The notes under the pieces are model-generated. The model was given only the letters and a program-made list of their open reading frames with translations. It ran no database searches and was not told the DNA's origin. A stretch of 35,050 nucleotides of DNA, from the NCBI GenBank assembly GCA_038143065.1, contig JAYQLI010000049.1, positions 1 to 35,050 of the forward strand, in the 5' to 3' direction. A program made the translations under genes and the position numbers. Shown in pieces: positions 24,719 through 34,716 of this stretch. Within the stretch, counting starts at the first letter, position 1, and each line of letters begins with the position of its first letter. This stretch comes from Rhodospirillales bacterium. GTDB lineage: Bacteria > Pseudomonadota > Alphaproteobacteria > Bin95.

Positions 24719-25114
24719 GTATTCGCATCCATAAGGCAGGCGGACGTTTCGAAGAGGTGGGAAGTTATGCCCGCGCAAAACGCGTTGGCGATCATGTTTG
24801 GGTCGCGGGAACAACAGCCTTTAGAGGATAGCGGGCGTATTCATGCGCCTAATGACGTTATGCTCAAACGACGTTTATTTGGGTAAAATCCAACCGCGCT
24901 TGCGCGCGGTTGGCGCGGACTTGCATCATGTCTGCCGTGTGCGAGTCTATTTAACAGATATGTCCCATGCGAGCGGATTTATTCGCGCACATGGTGAGAT
25001 ATTCAAAGGGGAATTGATCCCGTGTTAACCGCCGTTACAGCGGGATTAACGCAAGACGGCATGGTCGTTGAAATTGATGTGGATGGAATTATCCACGACA
25101 AGGCTTCTCTCTAA
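24715..25114 (+). CDS. Rid (YjgF/RidA superfamily) protein, frameshifted
   Basis: FEEVGSYARAKRVGDHVWVAGTT...RVRVYLTDM...AHGEIFKG..P...MVVEIDVDG. Confidence 0.82.
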
Positions 25115-25150
25115 AGCGACAAAAAAAAGTTGATACGACTCATCTATTGT

Positions 25151-25168
25151 GTACTGTATACAGAATAC
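25151..25168. promoter_or_regulatory. Operator copy upstream of the ABC transporter operon
   Basis: GTACTGTATACAGAATAC; -35-like TTGATA at 25130. Confidence 0.75.
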
Positions 25169-25196
25169 AAAGATATATAATCAGGGAGATATAACA

Positions 25197-26481
25197 ATGA
25201 AACTTGTGAAAGGAATGGGTGTAGGCCTGTTATCTGCCATGATGGCGACAACTGCTCTTGCGGAAATTAAGGTCGGCTTTAAAGGGTCTCTTTCGTCCGA
25301 TACTGGGCTGTCCACATTGCGCGGCGCAGAAATGGCGATTGAGGAACTCAATGCCCAAGGTGGCGTGATGGGTGAAAAGATCACTCTGGTCACTGCTGAT
25401 ACAGGCGAGGATGTTACAGAGGGCGTAAAAGCTTATGAATACCTCGCTGAGACGGAAGAGGTGGATTTCATCATTTCTGGATCAATCGATGATGTGTCTT
25501 TGGGCTGGTTGCCACGGATGCAGGAGTTTCAGATCCCAACGCTCGACACTTGGACATCCTATATCGGAATCATCGATATGGTGATCGAAGATCCTGATAC
25601 CATGGCCCCTTATTTCATGAACATTGCCTCGGATGAAGCATTGGCAACGCTCTATATCAACTTTGGTGCCGATGTTCTTAAGGCTAAAAATGGGTTGGGA
25701 TAGCGTTGTGGTCCTCGCTGAAGATACGGCTTTTGGTGGTGCGATTACTGGACCTTCGTGGCCAGATGCGCTGGCGCCAGTTGCAGGGATCGAAGTCAAA
25801 GATGTTATCACCTATGACGTTAATACGGTTGATTTCGGACCGATCTTTCGAAGGCGCAAGCAAGTGGTGCAGATTTATCTACCAAGTGAGCTCGGTTAAT
25901 TCGCAGGTGATGTCGTCGCAATATGTGAAATTGCAGTTCCTATGGCGATGACAGGGGGTAAACGTATCAGCGTTTGGGATGGAATATTGGGAAGATACTG
26001 GGGGAGCAGGGGCGGGATTTCGACGCTTTCGCCGGTGCCATCCGTAGGGTTCGAGCTTGATCTAGTCAGTGCAAAATTTGTTGAGGATTATCAAGCCAAA
26101 TATACATCGCGTCCCTCTATCCCGCACTTTAACGGCTTTAACGCCTATCATGGCCTTAAGCAGGCGATGGCTGCGGCTGCCGAGGCTGGCGGATTTAAGG
26201 ATGTCAAAGCATGGACCGCGGCGATGCTGAAGCAAGACCTGAAACTTGAAAAAGATGGTAAGCTTTGGTTGCGCTATGGTTTCTGGCAGCATGGTGAGGT
26301 AGAGCCTGTGACCGGCCGAACTTATCCACAAAATGCGCGGTTTGACCTGAGCGCGCCCTATGATGATGCGCAACCATCCAGGGTGGTTATCCAGTGGAAA
26401 GAGGATGGATCTGTAGGCGTTGTTTATCCGTTTGAATACGCTAACACTGAGTTTGAATTGCCAAGCTGGGTCAAGAAATAA
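25197..26481 (+). CDS. ABC transporter substrate-binding protein, LIV/HAAT family (frameshifted)
   Basis: Signal peptide MKLVKG...TTALA; EIKVG; RGAEMAIEELNAQGGVMGEKITLVTADT; VIQWKEDG...VYP. Confidence 0.9.
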
Positions 26482-26490
26482 AAACGATTT

Positions 26491-26511
26491 AGGCGGGCAT
26501 TTTGCCCGCCT
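26491..26511 (+). terminator. Intergenic stem-loop after the binding-protein gene (attenuating or mRNA-stabilising)
   Basis: AGGCGGGCA-TTT-TGCCCGCCT perfect 9-bp stem. Confidence 0.55.
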
Positions 26512-26543
26512 TAATGACCCAAGAAATTCGCAGGCAATTTTCG

Positions 26544-27388
26544 ATGATACAAATTCTTATCCAAGGGCTTTTGCTCAGTGGGCTATACGCGCTTATTGCA
26601 GTTGGTTTTACATTATCTTTAGTGTCGGACGCATTTTGAACTCGCCCTATGGCGCGTATCTGATGCTTGGTGGATATATGTATTTGGATTAGCCAGAGCA
26701 TGGGAATGCCGAAACTCTTAGGTGTTTTAATGGCAGTTGTCAGTTGGGATTGCCCTGGGGATTTTGAAATATCAACTGATCGTCAAAACACTTAGAGCGA
26801 TCATGTCGCGGTGGAAATCTCGACACTCATTTTGGCAGTTGTTCTTCAGGCGGGTGTCGTCTTGGTGTTTGGAGATAGCTCAAAAATCCTGTTGCCGATC
26901 ATTCCTGGCGTTGTCTACATCTGGGGTGCCTGTGACCTACAACATCCTTGCTGCAACGCTGGCGAGTTGGTGATCCTTGGGGGACCTTATCTCTTCATCA
27001 AAACACACATACAGGCCGCGCGATGCAAGCAGTGTCGATGGACACCAAAGGCGCGGCAATTAGTGGGATTGTGCCTGATCATATCAACATGATTACTTGG
27101 GCCATTTCTGGCGGTCTTGGTGCGCTGGGCGGTGTGTTTTTTGTAAAGTTACACGCAACTCGCCCCATCAATGTGGGTCGCGCCGCTGATTATATCTGTC
27201 GCGGTTGTGATTGTGGGCGGAATTGGATCAATTATCGGTACATTGATTGTCGCGCATATCGTAGGATTTATGGAGGTATCGGTGGTCTCCTCCTAAGCCC
27301 CGAATTGCGCGGGGTGTTCACAATGCTCCTGATTATCTTGGTCCTTGTGATGCGACCGCAAGGGCTATTTGGTCGAGAGGAGCTTTGA
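26544..27388 (+). CDS. Branched-chain amino acid-type ABC permease (LivH-like), frameshifted
   Basis: MIQILIQGLLLSGLYALIAVGFTL, TGRAMQAVSMD..GAAISGI, VIVGGIGS, VLVMRPQGLFG. Confidence 0.88.
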
Positions 27389-27389
27389 C

Positions 27390-28326
27390 ATGGGGCTTCG
27401 TTGGTATCATTTCGCAGCATGGGGCGCATTTATTCTCGGTCTGATGGCCTTGCCTCGAATTGGTGAGCAAAGGGACATTGCGAACTATTATCTTTGCCAA
27501 CTACCTCGCGATTTTTGCGATTAGTTGGGATTTGCTATCAGGCGCACTGGCTACATAAGTTTTGGCCATCCGTTTTTGATCGGGATAGGCGCCTCATACC
27601 AGTGCGATTTTGACAAAACGCTTTGGGTCGATGTTGAATTGGCAATTCCATTGCAGTGGTTGTGACGATGCTTGGGGCTTAGTCGTTCTTTTGCCTGCTC
27701 TTCGTATCAAAGGAAGTTATTTCGCCCTAGTCACCTTGGCGTTTATGGAACTGATGTATCAACTTGTCCAAGTTATCCGCCCAGACCTAACCGGGGGAAC
27801 ACGTGGGATGTCGGGTATTCAAACCCTGACGCGTGGGGCGGTGAGTGGGTTTTACCTCAGCTCGGTTCTGATGGTGATCGTGGCGATTGCCGCGTGGCTG
27901 CTGATGCGAACACGGCTTGGGACAGCGTTGACGGCGGTTGGACTTAACGAGAGCGCGGTAGAGGGAAGCGGTCTTTCCACCACAAAACTTAAAATGGTGG
28001 CGTTCTTGGTAAGTGCCTTTGTCGCGGGCTTGGAGGGGCATTTATGTGCATTACCTCGGATCCATCGCGCCGCGAGCTTTGTTCGATATCAATTTTGTGT
28101 TCACGATTATCGTTGCGGTTTTGATTGGGGGGGCTTCAACAATTATAGGCCCCATCATTGGGGCGTTTTTTCTCACGTTTTTGCTTGAGTATCTGCCCTG
28201 GCTACCAGGGGCAGAGCGCTATTTCATCTATGGGGGAATAGCGCTTTTGCTTTATATGTATCAACCCAAAGGGATATATTACATGCTGCAATCAGGGTGG
28301 GCGCGCCTGAAAGGAGCACATCATGA
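27390..28326 (+). CDS. Branched-chain amino acid-type ABC permease (LivM-like), frameshifted
   Basis: SWDLLSG.TGYISFGH, LRIKGSYFALVTLAF, TGGTRG, VLIGGASTIIGPIIGA, YQPKGI. Confidence 0.88.
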
Positions 28327-29041
28327 CTGCTGTGTTAGAAGTCACAAATCTCGTTAAAACCTTTGGTGGTCTCACAGCGACGAATGATCTTTCTTTCGCT
28401 CTGGAACCAGGGAGAATCTGTTGGGTTGATAGGGCCAAATGGCGCAGGCAAGACCACAGTATTTAGCCAAATGGGGGATGCAAACCTCTGGATCAATCAA
28501 ATTATTTGGCACTGATATAGGGTCCTGTCGATGCCTGAACGCATTCGCCGTGGTGTTAGCCGTACGTATCAGGTCCCTCGTCCGTTTGCTGACCTGAGCG
28601 TGTTGGAAAACATCCGCGTCGGGTTCATGCCAAACTCGGTTTGGGGCATGGTTGTAGAGCGCCCAAATGTGGAACAGGAACGACCTTGCACTTGAAGTTG
28701 GATTTAATGCGGCTGATCTAGAAAAGCCCGCGTCTGACCTGTCGATGGGAGATTTGCGCAAATCGGAATTGGCGCGCACACTGGCGACAGGAGCCCACGG
28801 TGCTGCTGCTTGATGAGGTTTTTGCCGGCCTTACTGTTGAGAAATTACGCAAATTAGTGCGCTAATTCAGAAACTGCGGAGCCAAGGGATCACCATGCTG
28901 ATGGTCAGCCATGATTTGCCTGCGCTTGATCCCCTTGCTGACCGGGTCATTGCAATCGAACGGGAAGCATGATCGCCAAAGGCAGCTTTGCCGAGGTGAT
29001 CGCCAACGAAGAGGTTCGCGCCTCTTATTTGGTATCCATGA
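28323..29041 (+). CDS. ABC transporter ATP-binding protein (LivG-like), frameshifted
   Basis: VLEVTNLVKTFGGLTA, GLIGPNGAGKTT (Walker A), RTYQVPRPF, LLLDEVFAGL, VSHDL. Confidence 0.88.
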
Positions 29042-29738
29042 GTTTCCTTAATATCAAAAACCTTAGTGCATTTTACGGCAAAGCGCAGGCTTTGAGCAAT
29101 GTTGATATTACTGTCGAACAGGAGAAATAATCGCTATTGTTGGGGCCAATGGCAGGGAAGTCGACCTTGCTTGATGCTATGATGGGTATGGTGCGCAAAA
29201 CAGGGGCAGTCGAATTTGATGGTGTCGGTTTAACACGCCAAAACGCCGCCTATGCGGTTAAACAAGGAATTGGATATGCACCTGAGCGTTTTAACCTTTT
29301 CCTACGATGAGTGTCCGGGACAATTTGATGGTTGGCGCCTATACCGCGAGGATGACATTGTGCACAACCTCGATCAAGTCTATTCGCTTTTCCCCGGTTA
29401 GCTGAACGTGAAAGCCAAGAAACAGCGACCCAATCGGGCGGTGAACGACAGATGGTCTCATTGGGGCGCGCTTTGATGACATCTCCGCGGCTTTTGTTGG
29501 TTGATGAGCCGGCGATCGGCCTTGCCCCAAAAGTTTGCCTTGAAATTGCTGATGCCTTACGTCGCATGCGCGATGATTTCGGTCTCACGGTTGTAATTAC
29601 AGAGCAAAATGCAAATTTTGCCCTAACTTCCGCAGAGCGCTCTATGTTCTAGAGGCAGGGCGTGTGCAAACTCATGGAACTGCGGCAGAGCTTATGCAAG
29701 ATGACCGCCTCAGTGCAGCTTACTTTGGCACGTATTAG
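29038..29738 (+). CDS. ABC transporter ATP-binding protein (LivF-like), frameshifted
   Basis: LNIKNLSAFYGKAQAL, GANG.GKSTL, SGGERQMVSLGRALMTSPRLLLVDEPAIGLAP, TEQNANFAL, AAYFGTY*. Confidence 0.9.
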
Positions 29739-30219
29739 GCATGCTGCTAAAGGCCAAGATATGTATTAACTGCCTCTGCATCGTTTTGCAGGTATGTATT
29801 GCTTGATCCCTATGGTGTTGCCCACGGCGCATGATGCAATGGCGGTCGGCTCGGGCTATGAGATTGCGCAGGGATGCCGTCAGAAGAATGCGCAACGCCA
29901 GAAATAGCCAAGTGTATGCGGGTCGGAGAAACTAATTAAGATGGGATTAACGCTTATTCATATAACGTATCAGGTGGGAACGGGAACGCCATCAAATAGC
30001 GTTTTTGAGTTCTTCATCATGATCATCGCTATACCCAAATTCATAACTTAGCGCTTTCTTTAGAAATCAGACTTGATAGGTGAGGAAAACCCCATAGCAT
30101 CGCGTGATAGTTTGCGTCCATTTTATCCGAACAGCCGTAATAGCGGATTTAATGTATTTTGCAAGGCGTCTACTAGCGGTTGAGCTTCTTCGCGCAAGTC
30201 ACTGTGCACTGAAAGTTGA

Positions 30220-30364
30220 GGCACTGTCAGAATAAATCGCCTTGCCCGACAGCGTGCTGAAGATTAGCTAATCAGCTATGCCCAAACTAGTATACTTCCG
30301 CTATTTCAAAACCAGCCCTGAGATCATCCAACTTGCGGTTATGCTGTATGTGAGATTTCCACTT
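30220..30364 (+). mobile_element. IS6 family remnant: left inverted repeat plus the first 29 transposase codons
   Basis: GGCACTGTCAG end (compare IS26 GGCACTGTTG). ATG at 30278 gives MPKLVYFRYFKTSPEIIQLAVMLYVRFPL, typical of Rhodobacteraceae IS6 transposases, then stops matching. Confidence 0.8.
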
Positions 30365-30430
30365 AGAGTACACCCTCGCAGAGTGTCCTAAAATGTGTTA
30401 TAATATAACACTCACATAGGGGTGTTCTGA

Positions 30431-30795
30431 ATGTTAACAAAAGGCAACGTCACGATCGGCCTAGAAACACGTTTCGCCTGATTGGCCTGGTGTCCGTTGC
30501 GGTGCAAGAACCAAATCTGGAGGTAAATGCCAGCGCCCTGCGGTGAAGCGAACTGGTAAATGTAACCGACACGGCGGCAAAAGCACGGACCTCGCACAAG
30601 CTGGACGAGATAAAATTGCTGCATTGCAAACTAAACACGGAAGACTAACAAAAGAAAAACGCCAGGCTGTCCAGAAGCGTCGAGGTGGGCCGCAAAGTAC
30701 TTACAGAGCTAAAGCAGATCGAAGCAAGCTTGATTGAGGAAGGTGTCCTGCAATCAGTTTTCAACCGGCCACAGTGGCGACATCCAATCGACTGA
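30431..30795 (+). CDS. HGGxSTG domain-containing protein (frameshifted)
   Basis: MLTKGNVTIGLETRF..DWPGVRCGARTKSGGKCQRPAVKRTGKCNRHGGKSTG.PRT.AGRDKIAALQTKHGR. Confidence 0.78.
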
Positions 30796-30799
30796 GGCA

Positions 30800-31278
30800 T
30801 TAGGCTACGACAGTACAATTGGAAGCGATGTTGCCTACTGATCTCAAGTATGCGTTTCATCATTTTGAGTACATCAGCAGTAATATAAGAAGCGCAACTG
30901 AAACTATGATCGCAAGATAACCAAACATCTTTTAAATATTCAATGAGAATTATTTGAAAATCATATTCGCGCTTCGCTTCGTAGCCAGTCGGGTCTTGCC
31001 TGCCACAACTTGGACAAGCCGTAATTTTTGTGGGTAAAATTTTAGAACACGAAATACACTCAGATATTAATGGATAAATATCCGCTCTTAAACCTGACAG
31101 CATCTTAGTCGGCTTTACCATTGCGGAAATAAAAATCCTCGTTAATGCGACCAAAGCGAGAAAATATTTTATACAAGTTAGCATATTTGTTTTTAAAGAA
31201 CGCTTCTTGCACTTCGATCGGGACGCAAGTGACGGGATTTTCAAAACTACTAGGTAAATCAGCAATACTGTAAGTCAT
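30800..31278 (-). CDS. Hypothetical low-GC protein with a zinc-ribbon motif; 3' end uncertain
   Basis: AGGAGA RBS before ATG at 31278; after a frame change, ECISCSKILPTKITACPSCG (CxxC-x10-CxxC). Confidence 0.45.
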
Positions 31279-31936
31279 ATGTTATCTCCTCGGTTGTTGA
31301 TATTAAGGAGCAGTAAATGTGCCAAAAGCATATAAACATATTATATTCAGTAACTTAGATGGGGATGGGTCAAAGGCGAAAGTTGTTAATACACAAACCG
31401 GCGTCTACTCTCGTCTTTTTCTGCGTTTACGGAATTTTCAGCTAAAACGCACATCATCGCGAAACGCAAAGTGTTCTTTTTTGGCTGCAGCCAATTCTAT
31501 GGTGAGTTAAAGGTGCTGGAACCGCGTAAGGTAGGATAAAATAACAGAGACATGCGCTCCAGCTAAGGATGTCGTTGATATTTGGGAGTATCGTGACGAA
31601 AATATTATTGATCACCGTTTTTTAAAACCATAGCCTAACTAAGTACGGCCCAACGTTAATAAGCTTACTTGAATGATATATATGCACCGACATGTCAAAA
31701 TGATTAAAATATCAGACAGCGAAAAGGCAAGTCGTCGTACAACAGGGAGGAAATTGTTGACACCGTCTGCCCCTAGGTGAAGGCAGGCGACAGGTATAAC
31801 CACATTTTTTACATCATATATGGAGTTGATGGTTTACGACAGATCGCCCGCCGACCACCAAATTAAACCACAAAGCATTATTTTTCCTAATTCTTTTGAA
31901 ATGGCTGGCCCTTGATCCGAAATTTTTGTGTGTAAC

Positions 31937-32155
31937 TCAGTACACGCCTGCCCAAGATGGGTTCATCACTGGGAAACTTTCTGCTTTGTCCGCTGTTGCG
32001 AACTCTGCTTTCACTTGCGCGACCATATCGTCTGCAAATGTTGCTTTGTTTATGCCCATATCGTCGAGTTGACGTGCAGTTGCATTATTCAGAAGCTGGT
32101 ATGCTGCATTGCGCGTTTGAGCGATTACGATTGCACGTTAGATTGTTTTAAGCAT
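31937..32155 (-). CDS. Small DUF1127-like protein (one in-frame TAA at codon 6)
   Basis: MLKTI*RAIVIAQTRNAAYQLLNNATARQLDDMGINKATFADDMVAQVKAEF...WAGVY*; RQLDDMGI resembles the DUF1127 core (DRxLxDIGL). Confidence 0.5.
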
Positions 32156-32348
32156 GGTAAGAACCTCAGCTGGCTTAGATATAAAGTGCGCCAGTTTTGT
32201 TGAAGTTTGTGGCGGAGTTTTCGCCTGATTTGATCATCCAATTAACGAATGCGTTCCATAGTTTTGTCATTGTTTCATTCCTTTTGTTCATTGGCTCACA
32301 GGTAATAGAGCATGACCTAAATGACATCAGACAAATTGGAATTGTCGC

Positions 32349-32365
32349 TATGCGATAGATGCATA
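32349..32365. promoter_or_regulatory. LysR-type T-N11-A dyad
   Basis: TATGC-GATAGAT-GCATA upstream of the small minus-strand ORFs. Confidence 0.45.
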
Positions 32366-32438
32366 GGTTGAGCGGATTTTCGCAAAGCTTTGCCGCTGTC
32401 TAAATCAGTCGCTGATTACAAACGATTTTTACAATGGT

Positions 32439-32876
32439 TCATTGTGCAGCAGAGCCATCCTCGTTCATTCGGTGTTTTGCATAAACGACATCATCATCAT
32501 GCGCAGATACCCAGTGAAAACTTTCATCTGCAAACATATGAATATTCACATCGATTTGGCTTGGGTCATCCAGCGTCCCTATCATCATTACGCGTCGATC
32601 AGGAAACCGTTCAGTTGTTGCTGTAACTTGTGTCGAACATGTTGGACAAAAATGAATATATAATTCGCGGCCGTGTTCATCGCTTTTGTAAGTATAGGTT
32701 CTTAATTCACCATCGTTAAATTGCACGTCGTCAAGATTAAACGACATTGCAGCGCGATAGGCGGTACCCAAGCTACGCTGACAAAACCGACAATGACATG
32801 CGTAAGAAGCAATTGGCGCAGACTTGCATGTGAAACGCACAGAGCCGCACAAGCAGCCTCCTTGAATTTCTGACAT
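32439..32876 (-). CDS. GFA (glutathione-dependent formaldehyde-activating) family protein
   Basis: CAGGAG RBS; MSEIQGGCLCGSVRF, ACHCRFCQR, HFCPTCST, GTLDDP. Confidence 0.9.
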   Translation of the reverse strand: MSEIQGGCLCGSVRFTCKSAPIASYACHCRFCQRSLGTAYRAAMSFNLDDVQFNDGELRTYTYKSDEHGRELYIHFCPTCSTQVTATTERFPDRRVMMIGTLDDPSQIDVNIHMFADESFHWVSAHDDDVVYAKHRMNEDGSAAQ

Positions 32877-33119
32877 TTGGTACTCCTGTTGAAGTTCTGC
32901 AATCACTTTAGGCATTAGCATTGAGGTGGGTCAAAGATAAACTTCGAGTTTCCCCCGATGATCCCGATCCAATGGGGTCTCCGCAGCGCGCTCGCGTGCG
33001 ACCGTGGTCAATTAGTGTGACTACATCACCAACCCGCTTCTTCTGAGCATTCCTTGATAGTTAAACTTGGGTGGTATTCTGCGCACCACAAATTACGTTC
33101 TGTGACCTTTGCGCCTGTG

Positions 33120-33263
33120 TATCAGTATAATTATTGTGTCTACGATTGCAGTGTTGATAGACCCCGCCAGAATGGCCGAAGCAGATGCCGTGCTGATGTA
33201 CGGATCGCTATCGGCACTTGTTGGTGCTTACTTTGGCTTCTTGGTGTGGCTGCTAAGAAGTAG
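33120..33263 (+). pseudogene. Fragment of a small phage-type membrane protein (holin-like)
   Basis: Alternative frame reads SIIIVSTIAVLIDPARMAEADAVLMYGSLSALVGAYFGF; the C-terminal GAYFG motif is common in phage holin-like proteins. No clear start. Confidence 0.4.
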
Positions 33264-33932
33264 TTAGTTATTAATCTTGGAACTCATCTGAGACAAATTC
33301 GTGAACAACCACTCCACGGGAACCCTCCACTTTAGTTGCAAGACCCTCGACGGCCGAAAGGTAATATTGCTCTAGCAAGGGTTTACAGTCTTCAAAAGCC
33401 AATTGATCGCGGTACTGAACAATATCCCAACTCGAAAAGCGTGTTGTTTATTCCAAATACGCGTTACAACTCTTCGCAACATACCCGCGTCTGTAAAAAG
33501 TTTTGTCACTTCTGTGAAAAAGCCGCGTCTTGTCGCTCTAGATAAAGTTTCAAGTCTTCATTATTGGCAAAATCGCGTGTTGAGTAGTTCATCAGCGCAG
33601 TATTGGACATTTACTTTTCCTAATTGGTTAACGCAAGCATGCTAACAAACGCGATGTACCACCAGTACAGAAACTGTACTCAATACGATGAGAGAAAAAG
33701 TGAGGCCAGCGAAGAAGTTTACGGGAACAAATCTACTGGCCTCACGTCAGGAGCGTGTGACCAACAGATCATTGCCAGTCCGCTGGTCACACTACATTTG
33801 CCACCTGAGAAAAGCGCAGTAGCAAATTCCTTAGCATTGGAACTTTATTGTTATTGGAAATCAGAGGCTTCTTGTGCTGGCTTCTGACGACTAACATCGT
33901 TTTATCAAATCACTCAACGGAAAGATCACAGC

Positions 33933-34280
33933 ATGATCGGACAAATCTTATCCAGCGTGACTGGACTGGCTACGTCGTGGCTGGACAGCAAAGCGCAGCA
34001 AAAACTTCTCGAAACTGAAATCAAAAAGAAGCAGCTCACAGGTGAAATTGACTGGGAACTGGAAGCAATTCGTTCGGCTCAAAATAGCTGGAAGGATGAA
34101 CTTTGGACGATTGTGTTCGTGTGCATTCTTGCTGCTAATTTTGTTCCCTCTCTTCAAGACGCCATGGCGAGAGGATTTGTAAACCTTGAGACGACCCCAC
34201 TCTGGGTTCAGTGGGAAATGTATGTGTCGATTGCCGCCAGCTTCGGAATAAGAACCATGCGGGTTGAAGAAGTAGCTTAG
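33933..34280 (+). CDS. Phage holin-like membrane protein
   Basis: GEIDWE, QNSWKDELWTIVF, GF..LETTPLW, SIAASFGIR motifs as in marine phage holins; lies upstream of a lysozyme gene. Confidence 0.65.
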   Translation: MIGQILSSVTGLATSWLDSKAQQKLLETEIKKKQLTGEIDWELEAIRSAQNSWKDELWTIVFVCILAANFVPSLQDAMARGFVNLETTPLWVQWEMYVSIAASFGIRTMRVEEVA

Positions 34281-34301
34281 TAGCTATCTGTCGTTGGCTG
34301 T

Positions 34302-34620
34302 ACTTTTAACAATCGCCAAAGTCTGATTGGGGTGATGTTATCGCTTTCGCGCATCTGCTTTGGCCTCAAATTTGGCTGCAACGCTTTGCTGAAACTCTTT
34401 TCATGAAGGGAAACGCTTCGTTTAGGTTATCCATGGTGTCAAAGTAAGCGATGGTCATTCCTCTGTCGGGTGCCATATGAAAGTTTCGCATTGCTATTAA
34501 GCCTTTGGGTGGCGGTGGCATATTAGCATCGATGTAGTCATGGCAAGGTTGCATCAACGCTTTATTCAAATAGCGCATAGTAAGTATGGCACAAAAATTT
34601 CACGTCGCTGTTCGTCACAA
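34302..34620 (-). CDS. Hypothetical protein (frameshifted; ends approximate)
   Basis: Protein-like frame MRYLNKALMQPCHDYIDANMPPPPKGLIAMRNFHMAPDRGMTIAYFDTMDNLNEAFPFMK, continuing after a shift as EFQQSVAAKFEAKADA. Confidence 0.4.
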
Positions 34621-34716
34621 TACTTCCCTTCGTCGTCATCAGTGCCAGCTCAATCCAGTAAGCGCAGCAATTTACCATTTTATTTACAATCTTCTGTAAC
34701 CTTAGAGGTTAAGACT

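Noticed and set aside
32439-32876. GFA gene as the formaldehyde-handling part of the amine/BMC pathway
   Set aside because: It lies beyond the IS6 boundary, has no operator copy nearby, and the family is widespread with many non-formaldehyde members.
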